Position numbers and translations under genes: made by a program. The notes beneath the pieces were generated by a model. The model searched no databases and was not told the origin of the DNA. It was given only the letters and a program-made list of their open reading frames with translations. This document shows, piece after piece, positions 1 to 12,389 of a stretch of DNA of 64,000 nt. Within the stretch, counting starts at the first letter, position 1. Each line of letters begins with the position of its first letter. Source of the DNA: the human T2T-CHM13v2.0 reference genome, Homo sapiens; the NCBI RefSeq assembly GCF_009914755.1, contig NC_060942.1. One strand, given 5' to 3'.

Positions 1-429
1 ATCTCTGAGACATTACTGCTCTACATTACTTTCAAGTGGGTCTTATTTTTTTCTGTCTTATCCTACATAGCCCTGGACTTTTAGGGTCTCATAGCCAGAC
101 ACATCTAGATCATGTTCCCACTTTGTTCCCTAAAGAAAATACCACTTCCTTTGAGGCTTTTACCATTAAGTTCTACCACCCAACCCCTCTGTATTGAAAG
201 TCATTTATTAACTAAGTGGATCCTAAATACCGCCTGGCTATCCTATTCGTACTTCAATTGTCTATCCACATTTTTACTCTCTAAAAAATTATTTAGCATC
301 TCTTCTCAAATGTCCAGCACCCCTTCCTTTTCTAGACACACAGCTGTCAATCTATTTCTTATTACACAAAAAAATAGAAACAATCGCAAGAGATATTAAT
401 CGTTTTCTCATAAAATTTACCAAACATAT

Positions 430-1187
430 GAACTTACGTGCTCTGCCGTTCCTTCTGTTATACTAGGTTAACTGTCCCAGATCCAATCTAATGTCAACCC
501 CTAGGCTATGCCCATCTCCTCTCACCTACTCAAGGACATATCTTATGCAATTAACCTCTATTTCTAAAAATACCAATTTTCCTTCCCTACAGCAATCCTA
601 TCAACTAACATGGTGTGATGTCTTTCTTCTTAAAAAAACAAACATACAACTCTTCCTTGACCTATTATTACCTTCAACCCTGTAATCCCCTCTATAACAA
701 AACAAACACATAGAGTTATTTTTATTTGTTTTCTCCAGTTGTTCAGCTTTTCTTTCTTCCTCCAACCACTCCAGTTAGGCTTTTGCAACTATCACTCCCA
801 GTGAAAGAATTATAAGGTCAACAATGGTCTCTACGTTGCCAAATCCAAGTTTCAATCCATATTTTACTCAGCTACTCAACAGCATTGGACATGGTTGATC
901 ATGGCCTCCTACTTAAAAATATTAGGTTGGTGCAAAAGTAATTGTGGTTTTGCCATTACTTGTTTTGCTTACTTCCCAGATTCCTCAGTGTTTTCCCATC
1001 TCAGTAGCTGCAACTTCAGGATCATTTTTTTTGTTTGTTTGTTTCTATCTTCTCACTAACCTCTTAACATTGAAGGTCCCGGGGTCAACTGTTGACCTTC
1101 TTCTGTATCCAATTTGCTCCCTAGTTTATCTCATTTAATGCCCGAGGCTTTATATATCAAGCTGATGACCCATAAGTATTTTACCTC
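430..1187 (+). mobile_element. L2 LINE fragment (ORF2 region), degenerate
   Basis: ttgccaaatccaag...cagcattggacatggttgatcatggcctcct resembles recalled L2 ORF2; interrupted by MADE1 half and by the LTR at 1192. Confidence 0.7.
922..961. mobile_element. MADE1 (Hsmar1-derived MITE), one arm only
   Basis: ttaggttggtgcaaaagtaattgtggttttgccattactt matches the MADE1/Hsmar1 TIR, preceded by TA; second arm absent. Confidence 0.9.
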
Positions 1188-1191
1188 TTGC

Positions 1192-1938
1192 TGAAACGGG
1201 AGAATTCCCTGACCCCCAACCCCCCTTGCAGAACTTGTGACAGGGTGTGGCTCATCTGTTCTGTTGCCGCACACTCAAACCCCTTATGGGAAGGGAACCA
1301 TGCAGACAGGCAGGTGCAAGTGCCTTTGGGCTCTGGCCCCACAGTAGTGTCCAGGGGTGGGTGCCTGCAACTCCTGAAGCCCCAGTGAGTGTGTTACAGT
1401 CCTCTTTCAGCTCTGCTGTCCACAGATGGCTTAAGTGTTAACAAGCTCAGTGTTCTCTTGGTACCCAGGTCCTTGTCCAGTGTTCAGAAAGAATCAGTCA
1501 CAAGAAAAATTGAAGGATGGGAAATGTGGAGAATTTTATTGCTCGATGGAGGTGGCTTTCAGAGGGATGGATGGGGAGCTGGAAAGGGGATGAAGTGGGA
1601 AAATGATCTTCCCCTGGAGTTCAACCATCTTGCAGCCAATGTCCTCTCTAACGATCCCCAGCCAAACCCCTCTCAATGTTCAGACACTCCTTCTCTTCTC
1701 TCCTTCTCTGCCACTCTGTTTCTCTTCTATCCTCTGTTCTTCTGCTTGTGGAGCCTGGAGTTTAGGGTTTATATGGGTACAGGATGGGGAGCATGGCAGG
1801 GCAAAAGGCAACATTTGGGTGCAAAAACAGGAGTGCCTGTTCCCATTTAGGGCTACAGGTTTCCAGGCTTGAGATTGGGGCCTTTGCCAGGGAACCGCCC
1901 TCTTTTACCTAGTATTTCCCTACTTCCTGCCTGTATCA
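1192..1938 (-). mobile_element. ERV1 solo LTR, MER52/LTR1/LTR27 group
   Basis: TG...CA ends, perfect 4-bp TSD ttgc (1188-1191/1939-1942); minus strand begins tgatacaggcaggaagtagggaaatactaggtaaaagagggcggttccc. Confidence 0.85.
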
Positions 1939-2130
1939 TTGCCTAATCTCCAGATTCATGTATGTATATCCCTAGTATCTAGAAAATACATGTTAAATGA
2001 TAGGTTCTCAATAAGTATTTGTTTTAGGTACAAATCACAAATAAATATCACTAAAATTACTTAAAGCATAATTTTAAGTATTTTGCTAATACTAATTTAC
2101 AAATACATTAAAATACATTGCTAATTTTCT

Positions 2131-2436
2131 TTTTCTATTCTTTTTTTTTTAAATTTTTTAGACAGGATCTTGTTTTGTCACCCAGGCTGGAGTACACCGG
2201 CACAATCTTAGCTCACTGCAGCTTTGACCTCCTGGCTTAGGTGATCCTCCCACCTCAGCCTCCCTAGTAGCTGGGACTACAGTGTGCACTATTACACCTG
2301 GCTAATTTTTGATTTTTGTGTAGACATGGTTTCTCCATGTTGCCCAGGCTGGTCTCAAACTCCTGGGCTGAGATGGTCCACCTGCCTCTGCCTCTCAAAG
2401 TGCTGGAATTATAGGCATGAGCCACTGTGCCCGTCC
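2131..2436 (-). mobile_element. Alu SINE (AluJ-like)
   Basis: Dimeric Alu with T-tail; TSD attg(c/a)taattttct; J-type features (gacctcctggct, aaactcctgggct). Confidence 0.95.
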
Positions 2437-2769
2437 ATTGATAATTTTCTATCATAGGTCTAAAGTTTTCATATTTAATATTGAGAATTTAGTTTCTAAA
2501 TGTTCTGTAATCAATAATGTTGGATTCTAAATCTCTCTAGCAGCCAGGTGGCTATGAATTCTTGCTTGACGTTTTTATTGTTGTTGCTTCATTTCTTTTC
2601 AAGTCTCTTGCTTTATGTGAATGATGGGGGGAATGCCTGTGTACATGAGAAGGATGCATACTAAGTGAGATGATGCAAAGCACTTGTCATATGCCCAACA
2701 TTGTGATAGGGGCCCAAAAATAATACTGTCTTTGTGCATGAATCCTTGAAAACATCAAGGATTCTTACC

Positions 2770-2930
2770 TCAGATTGGATTCCCAGAACTCTAATTACAC
2801 TGTTGGGGCATATGAATATTTGTATTGCCACCAACACGTATTGCCAAGCAGTCTTTCCAAAAGGCTGTACTAATGTATACTTGCATTAACACTCTATGAG
2901 AGTACCTGCCTCATGATACTTTCGCAAGAA
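2770..2930 (-). mobile_element. Old L1M fragment
   Basis: tattgccaagcagtctttccaaaaggctgtactaatgtatac resembles antisense L1M ORF2 3' end. Confidence 0.55.
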
Positions 2931-2974
2931 CTATTATCAGTTTACAGAAATTGAATTAGCAACGTTTAACTAAC

Positions 2975-3090
2975 CGAAGTAATATAAGCACGTACTTCTT
3001 GTATCGGATGTAATCCTAATATGGTAACAACTTGTCATATTACTTAAATTGACTTTGCCTTAGTTTCTCCATCTGTGAAATGGAGATAAA
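2975..3090 (+). mobile_element. MIR SINE fragment
   Basis: MIR core gccttagtttctccatctgtgaaatggagataa. Confidence 0.65.
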
Positions 3091-4548
3091 TTTGGGGATT
3101 GAAAAGGGAGATATATAATTGGACTAATCAACAAGCATAGTGCTTTTTGAAAAGATAGAATGCTATGGGGCCATGTGATTTTACCACATGATATACTCAG
3201 AATATCCCAATCAAAATCAAGTGTGCATTGAAAGAGAGCTGTGAGCACAATTTAGCTGATAAATGCTGTCAGGAAGGCATACTTGTTTCTTTTCAGAGCA
3301 GCTGGCTTGTCTGAATTGCTTAAGCCGTACAGTAGCCTTGCAATTATGATGTGTATGTCTGTGCGCTTTATCCTTACAAAATCATCTCCATGTTCATCTG
3401 CTTAGTCATTAAGTTTTATGGTAGAAATTGAATGCCTAATGAAATTGCAGATTTCAACTGTTTTATGGCCACTAACAAAATCTCATTTACCACAGAGTAG
3501 CTATGAAAAGATGTAAATGACAGATGAAAGTATAGAGCATTATTATAAATGGAAGAGGGAAATTAGTTCCAAGGATACACAAAGAAACAAAGCTGAAGCC
3601 ATTTTTTACCATTTCCTCCACCATTCTTTCATCTGTTCATTCATTCATTCATTTAACCATTCAACAATCATTACTAAACACCAACTGAAGTGACCAGGAC
3701 ATCATTTCTTTTTACAAAAATCCTGTAATATAGATATGGAAACTAATAGGGCCATAGGCAAATCAAGGCAGCTACACTACTTACAACAATACTTTTGTGT
3801 GATGGCTTTAAAGGAAGTGGTGATGGTGGAGTAGAAATTCTCAGGTATGTGAATCAAAAGGAGCATGAGACAGTGGGTAATTCTCATAGGATTTAAAGTT
3901 GTGTGCTACATTAATTAAATTTAGTGGTTTCCAACTAGGCTGGAATAATGAATAGATCAATATCCTGAAAGACATATGTTCTTGGACAATTTACATTATT
4001 TGAATATTAATTTTTATAGGCTCCCTTATCTCTCTTTTCTGTGATGTGGGTGTGCATGTGTGTCTGTCTGTCACTTTGTCTTTCTGTCTCTAATAAATGA
4101 AAAGACACAAAAAACTGTAAACTGACAGGTTTGATATTGGCCATCAATAAAACGACTAACGTGAAACAGGGAGCTTGTGCTCATGTAAAAAGATCTAGAT
4201 TTCAGTCAGAATGCAAAAGCATTCACTAAGAGATGACATTTGATCAGATTAAATATTTTGCTTTGTCTTCACAAATTTACTTGGTTTTGGAATCATCATG
4301 GACAATGGACATGTCATTATGTTGATTCCACAAATTCTGTGACAAAGTGCTTTTGGAGAGAAGAAAATATGCACTTAGGGGGACTCTCAGCTTGTGACAC
4401 AACTACATATGCAATGTTGATGCGTCCACAAAATTAGCAATGGATGGGAAACAATGACACAAGCTGGAAGGCATGTCTAGTTGTTTCACAAGCCTTGTCT
4501 TAGTCAATAAATTCTTACCAACAATTCTGACATAATGAATGGTGGCAG

Positions 4549-5238
4549 TGAAACAGGAGAGTTCCCTGATACCCCTCACAGGATGTGCAACAGGGGCGTG
4601 GCTCATCTGTTTGGCCACTGTGCTGCATGCTCAAATCCCTTATGGGAGGGGAGAGCACACAGATGGTCATGTACAGGAGCCAGGGTGAGTGCCCCTGGGC
4701 TCCGGCCCCATGGCAGTGTCAAGGGATGGGTGCTTGCAACTCTAGAAGCCCAAGTGGGGGTGGGTCACAGTGCACTCTTTTAACCTTGCCATTCACAGAC
4801 AGCTTAAGTGTTAAACTGCTCAGTGGACCCTCTGTCTTGTCATAAGGGCAGAGGGGCAGTGTGACAGCTTTCTGTATCCTGAGCTCTTGTCCAGTGTCCA
4901 GGAAAAATCAGGTCTCCCATGGTCTTGAAGGACAAATGTGGGTGTTTTATTGAGTGGTGGAGGTGGTTCTCAGTGGGACGGACAGGGAGCTGGAAAGGGG
5001 ATGGAGTGGGAAGATGATCTTCTCCCTGAGCTTGGCCATCCAGTGGCCGATCTCCTCTCTGAATGCTCCCAGCTGAACTCCTCTTGGTATTCAGATGCTC
5101 CTTCTCTTCTCTCTGTCACACCATTCTGCCATTCTTCTGCTCTTCTGCTCGTCTCCTCATCTGCTCGTGTACTCATGTGCTGGTGGAGTCTGGGGCTTGG
5201 GATTTATACAGATACAGGATGGGGGGCATGGCTGGCCA
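4549..5238 (-). mobile_element. ERV1 LTR, MER52 group, truncated
   Basis: Clear homology to 1192-1938 (tgaaacaggagagttccctga...; gagctggaaaggggatg; atgatctt); ends abruptly at ggcatggctggccaa. Confidence 0.8.
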
Positions 5239-5600
5239 ACCTCCTTGCCCCCTGGCTTCTGGTTGATATCAGCCAATAAGCTGCAGCAGCAGGGCAAGAG
5301 TGGGGTTGAGGTGTTCACTTCCTTACCTCTCTGCCTTCAGGGTAAACTGGAGCTGGCTACATTCTTCCACTAAAGTACACAGCTCCTGTTGGTGTTGAGG
5401 GGCTGGTAATCACTCAGGCAACTACTCAGGTAAACACTCCCTTGCCTTGCCCCTTCAGGCCTAGTTATGGTAATGTCTCTGGCAAACAGCATTCTCTTCT
5501 GTACGTTCCCCTTATCTCTGCCCTCATCTTTGTAAATATCCTCCATCATACTCTTCTCACATATTCCATTTGAGTGTGCCTGCTCCTTCCAGGCTACTTG
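5239..5600 (+). mobile_element. ERVL LTR (LTR33-like), 3' part
   Basis: ttgccccctggcttctggtt...ccttgccccttcaggcctag...tttgtaaata...tttgagtgtgcc follows recalled LTR33. Confidence 0.7.
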
Positions 5601-5644
5601 TTTAGAAACCCCAGAGTAACCTGCAGCTTGCTTTATTCTTAGTA

Positions 5645-6500
5645 TTCCACATACAATTAGTTGCCAAGCTCTGTCTATTCTACCCCCCTCCATGGCATCA
5701 AGTCCATCCTTTTTTCATGCCTATTAGCACAGTGCTAGTTCATATGAACTTTGACATTAAATCATGTGATCACATGTAAAAGCAACATATAAATTATAAA
5801 TGTCATTTCAGTATTACTTCTAGTTACTATTATTATTGCTGAATAGCTATTATTCAGCAATAGTTACTATTCTTATTGCTGAGCCCCTGAACTCCCCTCT
5901 TGGTTTTCTAGCTTCTTCAGTACATACCACACAGAGCCAATAGTTCTTTCTAAAACCAAATCCAATCATATCACTTTCCTGCTCTAAAGCTTTTAGTGGC
6001 TTCCAAGGGTCTAGAATAACCCTAAGTTCACTTTGCATGCTTTCATGCCCCAACAATCTGGCTCTAGTACATAATCCTTCTTATCTTGTGCTGTATTCTA
6101 TCTATGGGCCTTTAGCTTCCTGGTGCCACTTCATGCCCCAAAATGTCCTGAATTTATCCATCCCTGCCTCCTTGCTATATGATATTCCCCTGGTCTATAA
6201 TATCATTTACATAGTGGTCCCATGTTGGTGAAATTCTATTCAACATTCATGACCTTTAACTTCAAATGCCACCTTCTCCACAATATTTTTTTCTGATCCT
6301 ATGAGGGAAAGAAACTCTGTCTTTTCCACACTCCCCCAGATCTTGTTCATGTTCCACTAAGGTAGGCATGTAGCACCTTGGGTTGTGTTTACTTACAAAA
6401 TGACTGTTCCACAGGGCCATTTTATACTCCTGGGCAGAAATCATTTGGCCTACCCCACTTACTTAATTTTCATCCCTTCAATGTTTAGCTCATATTGACT
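5645..6500 (+). mobile_element. L2 LINE 3' fragments
   Basis: ttctttctaaaaccaaatccaatcatatcactttcctgctctaaagcttttagtggcttcc; ttcaaatgccaccttctcc. Confidence 0.7.
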
Positions 6501-6519
6501 GCTTGAAAATGATTGGTAA

Positions 6520-7290
6520 AGGGAACTGGATGATGACATATGATTAGAAGATAATTTTATCAAATTCATGTACCAAACAAAGCTATCATGCAAAGTTAAT
6601 ATGAAGGTTGACAGAATCAAGTTTCAAGATCATTTTGATTGATAGAATAGCTATGGTGAAACTAACAAAACATATTAAAGGATATAAAGGTATTACTCTA
6701 AATTTTAAATGCATAAATGAAGATCTAGTGAGTCCTAATTGAGCAGCAGTTTAAATTATAATTCTGGATTTTTTCATGGGCCATAATGAAAACATGGAAT
6801 AATAAATGCAACCAAAATATAAAGGTAAATTTCATATCAAGTTTTAATAAATAATAGAATTTTAGAGTAAAAGTAACAAGAGTTGTATTTTATTCTGTGA
6901 AGTTTAGACTATTCCAGGTAAGATATACATATTTTAAAGAAGGGTTTGACAAATTAGTAAGAGTCTGTTAGTGAGAGTCTACACAAGTTAACCAGGATAT
7001 TTTGCCAGAAACAAAGAAGACTTTGAAATAAAGCCAATCACTGCCCTCACCCAATATGTAAAGCTGATTCATCTTTGTAGTTTCCAAGACTCAAAATTAC
7101 AGCCAATGGGCAGAAGTTGTAGGTAGAAAGTGGTCAAGCAAATATGAAAAAAGAGTATAGCTATTTCTTATAAAATCCTAAGCTCCTGGTTACTATAATT
7201 GTTTAAGTAGAAGCTAAACAGTCCTACATCAGTGATGAAGTGAAAGGAATTTCCACATTCGCAGGAAAAAAGGAATAGATCACTTTCGAA
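6520..7290 (+). mobile_element. L3/CR1 LINE fragment (RT 3' end), highly degenerate
   Basis: atcaaattc...caaagcta...gacagaatcaagtttcaagatcattttga...gaaactaacaa and agctcctggttactataattgtttaagtagaagct follow CR1/L3 order. Confidence 0.6.
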
Positions 7291-7462
7291 AGTCACTCCC
7301 TGGTAAATCTGCCACAAACACAACTTTTAATGTCTCAGTTCATTTTTACAAAACCTTATTTGGCTCCATGTTTTCCACTGTTTCAATTATAAACTGCTTC
7401 TCAATGACTTTCATAGTCATACCTAGAGTACATATTCTTAATTCTGAATTATTCTCAGGAAT

Positions 7463-7525
7463 TGCCTCTAAAAGTATAAGATCTGTCAGTATATGCCTCT
7501 AAAACTGTAAGAGCTGTCTCATGCC
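7463..7525. repeat. Imperfect ~31-bp tandem duplication
   Basis: tgcctctaaaagtataagatctgtc / tgcctctaaaactgtaagagctgtc. Confidence 0.7.
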
Positions 7526-7797
7526 TTAGTAACATACCAAGATCTTGTGGTTAACACTGGTAAAGTAACAGTAAGTTTTTTAAGGTTTGCTTTTCTCAAG
7601 ATAATAGTCATCAGTCTATAGAGTTCAAAGAGAAATATTTTGTGTGAAGACTGGAAAATTGCCACCTCCTCGGGCCTCCCTACTATGTTTTTTATATGAG
7701 GTAAAGATCATTCATTTAACAAATATTTATTGGTAAGTAAAAGTACTTATGGATTTGGGTATAAATATATGGTGCCACTTCTCATTGTGCTTAAATA

Positions 7798-9117
7798 TGA
7801 GAGGTCTTCAAATGGATTATGGAAAATGTGTATTATGAAAAAACTACTTAGATTTTCATTTTTTGTACCAAAATGATCTTGAACTATCTTGTTATAACAT
7901 GTCTGAACAGAGTCGAGTTTGAGGCACTAAGAAGGATGAGACAGGAGTTTCAGAAATGCCTCTATCAGAGCAACATAAATTCTGCTACAATTGAAGCAAG
8001 AACAAACATCAAATTTGTGGTGAAGCTTAGGTGGAAGAATGATGAAGTCATTGGTGCCTTATGAAAAGTGTACAGGGACAATGTTCCAAAGAAATCAACA
8101 GTTTACAAATGGATAACTTATTTTAAGAAAGGACAAGTGGATGTTGAAGATGAAGACTGTGGCAGCAGACCATCCACATCAGTTTGCAAGGAAAAAATTA
8201 ATCTTGTTCATGCCTTCATTAAAGAGGATAAACAATCAACAGCAGAAAATAGTCAACACCACAGGCATTTCAGTTGGTTCAGCTTACACAATTCTGACTG
8301 AAAAATTAAAGTTGAGCAAACTTTCCATGTGATGGATGCTAAAACTGTGGCAGCCAGATTAGTTTCAGACAAGAATAGAGCTTTCAATGGAAATTTTAAA
8401 ACAAGTGGGGTCAAGCATTTCTTTGAAATATTTCTTTGAAATATTTCTTTGAGGAATTATAACAGGAGATGGAATGCAGCTTTACTAGCAGAATCCTGAA
8501 GACAAAGCACAATCAAAGCAATGGCTACCAAGAGGTGGCAGTGGTCCAGTCAAAGCAAAAGCAAACCAGTCAAGAGCAAAGGTCACTGTCGCAGACTTTT
8601 TCTTGGATGCTCAAGGCATTTTGTGTCTTGACTTTCTGGAGAGCCAAAGAATGATAACATCTGCTTATTATGAGACTGTTTTGAGAAAGTTAGCTAGAGG
8701 TTTAGCCAAAAAACACCCAGGAAAAGCTTCAGCAGAGAGCCCTTCTCCATCATGACAATGTTCCTGTTCATTCTTCTCATCAAACAAGGGCAATTTTGCA
8801 AGAGTTTCGTGGGAAATCATTAGGCATCTACCTTATAGTCCTGACTTGGCTTCTTCTTATTTCTTTTTGTTTCCTAATCTTAAAAACAAAATCTGTAAAG
8901 GGCATCCCTTTTTCTTCAGTTAATAATGTAAAAAAGATTACATTGACATAGTTAAATTCCCAAGACACTCAGTTCTTTAGGAATGGGCTAAATGGCTGGA
9001 TCATCACTCACAAAAATGTCTTGAACTTGATGGAGCTTATGGTGAGAAATAAAGTTTATATTTTTAAATTTTATCTTTTAATTCCATTTTTCCACAAATT
9101 TTTTAAAAGCTTTGTTG
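7798..9117 (+). mobile_element. Hsmar2 mariner DNA transposon, near full length, inactivated
   Basis: ~1.3 kb flanked by TA; both TIRs recognisable; ORF fragments translate to mariner transposase (IEARTNIKFVVKL, VYKWITYFKKG, SRPSTS, HHDN, YSPDL). Confidence 0.95.
7975..9052 (+). pseudogene. Disrupted Hsmar2 transposase
   Basis: Start codon reads ATA (7975), TGA at 8062-8064, frameshifts, YSPDLAPSD motif reads YSPDLASSY. Confidence 0.9.
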
Positions 9118-9129
9118 TATGGGGGAAAA

Positions 9130-9500
9130 ACAGGAAAGCAGATCATTACATTCCAAATAACAAGTGCAAGGGCAAAGAAGAGAAAGTGCTTGTGCTCTGG
9201 GGAAGTTGAAAGGGTAAGAGAAGGATCCACATCGGAGGTCAATGTTGAAGTCAGGTTTGAGACATGAACAGAAGCCCAGCAGAGGCAAGCAGGGAGAAAC
9301 TTTCATGCCTGAGAAAACTGGGAACTTTTACACAGACCTAGGAGAACAGAATGTATTTGATAATTTACACGTGATTTTGAACTTGCTCCAGCTCTGTTTA
9401 AGCAGGTAATAGAAGTTGAGGTTGAGCAGCATTCAAATCACAGGATCTTGCTTGCTTTGATAAGAAATTCAGACTTTATGCTATTTCTCTTCTGCCATGA
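9130..9500 (-). mobile_element. L2 fragment
   Basis: Purine-rich antisense L2-like tract (gttgaagtcaggtttgaga..., aagaaattcagactttat). Confidence 0.5.
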
Positions 9501-9559
9501 TAGGGAAGGAGGCTCATCAGGGGTTTCATTTTATTTTATTTTATTCTATTTTATATTAA

Positions 9560-10040
9560 GTTGTGGGTGGTTTTAGACGGGAAAAGGGATACATGGCTTG
9601 GATAAAGCCCAGATATTCTGAATTCCCAAAGGTTAACTCCTGGACTGAAAGCAGCTTTCCCTTCGGCAACCCAATGAAGCGTGCGCTGCTTCCGGGCACA
9701 GTCACACGTCTGAGGCTGCTGTGCATAGCTTCCGTTTCAAGTCCAAACACAGCTGACTCAGAGAGGCTAGAGGAAGAGAAAAATCATTTCGGACAAGGAC
9801 ACTCAAGGGACATATTGCAGCAAATTCCACCAATTGAAGCAAATTCTCTGGATTGTGGAGTAGCGGTGTGCGGGGGCTCAGTGCCCAGCAGGAAGTCAGG
9901 TGGCTCCGCGCAGAGGCCTAGTACGAGCACAGCTGCGTGGCACTTGTGTTGCCTGCGAAGCAGCGACAAAGAAAACACTCTTCAGGACGCTGAAGAATGA
10001 TCCCTGATTGCTCTGGAAAGAGATAGAAGAACACGCGACA
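9560..10040. promoter_or_regulatory. Candidate enhancer/promoter-like unique block
   Basis: About 19 CpG in 480 bp counted by eye; ETS-type cttccgg 9689, cttccg 9729, caggaagt 9889; AP-1 tgactca 9754; E-boxes cagctg 9750 and 9930; CCAAT 9671. Confidence 0.45.
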
Positions 10041-11070
10041 GATATTTTAGGTCCTTGGCCTTTGAGGAATTATCTTGAGAGCTCTGTTAGGTTATTCTTG
10101 GGAAAATGCTAACCTTGCAATTCAGGGTCTGAAAATGCCTGTCTATTATGAAGACAGCAAGGCTTAAGATCTGCTTCCAAAACTGGTTATAAATATCAGC
10201 TCCTTAGCTTTTAATGCCTTTCTCTCTTTCTCTCTCCTCCCCTCCCTCACCCTTTATTCCTAGCATCAAAACTGGGAGAAAAGAAGTAGGTGCATTAGTT
10301 CATATAATCAGCTTCAATGAGATTGTTCCAGTTTTCTGGAATGTAATCTTATTTCCTATTGTGCTCTATGCTTTCAGTAAAGAGAAGTATAACCATACTT
10401 TTCCACATCCTTTTTGGAAGAATGTGCATCCCTTCAGTGTCTGAGGGACAATGGGGTCAACCCTTAAGCATCATGTCCAGATCTTCGAAGCTGGCATAGG
10501 AGAAAAATGAGTTCCACAAATTGCCCAGGTCACCAAACAGAATTGTAGAGCTTGAACCTGATGTCTACACACAGAGTTCTTCCAAACAATATTTGCTGCA
10601 TACATTTTCATTAGAATATTTTCTTAGCTCAGTCTTCCAGCACTTCTTTTCTTGATTGCTCAAAGATCAGTGACAACACTTCAGCATCCTTACTTATAAG
10701 TTTTCTCCCTACCTTCAATGATATTTATTAGGCAAATTGTCTTTGATGCATTCAGGATAGTTAAGTGCTTCTAGAGTATTCCTTTATCCACCTTGCTCTT
10801 CATTCCCCGCTGTAGGTCTGTTCTTTTCAGTTTGAAGATCCTCACCATGATTTCATAAGAAGTTAGAAACAAAATAAGAGACAGAATTGTTTTCTCTTCA
10901 TTGGCCCCAAATCTCTGTCCTATATTTTGCAGTAAACTAAAGACTATCTCAAGGAAGGCAGGGAAAGTGATCTACTCACCTCAGAATCCCCATGCCTAAC
11001 ACTGTACCTGCTGCATCCTGTCTGCCTGATAATTGTTCTAGTGAGTGGAGCCACATCTCCTCTCTCCAAA

Positions 11071-11624
11071 TGTGGCAAACACATCCTGCAGTGACCCCCA
11101 GTGAGTCACATCCATGGTAATCCCATCTTCTGGAGAGTGGGCAGAACCTGTTACCTGCTACTAACCAATAGAATATGGCGAAAGTGACGGAATGTCACTC
11201 GCATGATTGTGTTTCTTTATATGGTAAAACAGAAGGGAGTTTTCAGATGACGAAATTAATCACCAATTAGTTGATTTTGAGTTAATGAAGAAGAAGCTTG
11301 CCCTGGAAAGGCCTGACCTCATCCACAGAGCTCTTTCAAAGAGAATTTAGGCTTTCCCTGAGCTCAGAGACTCAAAGCAGCAAAGACTCTCTCTCTCCCA
11401 CTGGCCCTGAAAAAAACAACCCACCATGAATTCTGCAGCTGCAAGGAAATGAGCTCTAGCAACCACATGAGCTTGAAAGCGGACTCCAGCCTCAGATGAG
11501 ATTGCAATGCCTTGATTGAAGCTTTGTGAGGTCATAAGCAGAAGACCTAGCTAAGCCATGGAAACTGTAAGATAATAAATGGGTGTTTGAAGTGAGTTTT
11601 TATGTAGTAATAGAAAATTACTGC
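11071..11624 (+). mobile_element. MaLR LTR (MLT1E-like)
   Basis: tgtggca...ctaaccaatagaatatggc...gcaaggaaatga...gaaactgtaagataataaatgggtgtt...aatagaaaatta. Confidence 0.8.
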
Positions 11625-12032
11625 ATTGAACATACATCAGATTGCCCTTTGCTGTTCTTCTTTGCATTCCTTTGCAAGTGTCAGTTATTTTTGCTCCAGA
11701 TTCTTCCTGACATAATTTTTTAAAGTTTTATTTGTCTGTGGTTATTTTGTTTATTTATTCCCATATATGTATGATTTTAAAAGGTGTTCCACTGGGACAT
11801 TGCCTGACTTACCATGTTGTGTGGGTTCTTTGGATTTCATGTCCCTTTCTTACTTGCTGAGGTTAAAAACAGTGACCTAGGTAGAATTTAATCTTTCAAA
11901 GCCCTTGACTCTCTCCGGCCCTTTCTTCCCTCTGGAGTTTTGTGGCATAGACTCATGAAATCATTTCTTTGATACTTAGAAAACCTACCACCTGGGTTTG
12001 TTGTGAGATCGCACCAAAATATAGAGCATTAG

Positions 12033-12389
<357 letters not shown>

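Noticed and set aside
1389-1850. 153-aa ORF
   Set aside because: Lies wholly within an antisense LTR; no recognisable protein motif.
1192-5238. Two same-orientation MER52-type LTRs as the ends of one provirus
   Set aside because: The first has its own perfect TSD (ttgc), the copies differ by an internal block, and the spacer holds Alu/MIR/L1/L2 rather than retroviral sequence.
9563-10000. 145-aa ORF in the GC-richer block
   Set aside because: Non-ATG start, no recognisable domain; length is explicable by local GC content.
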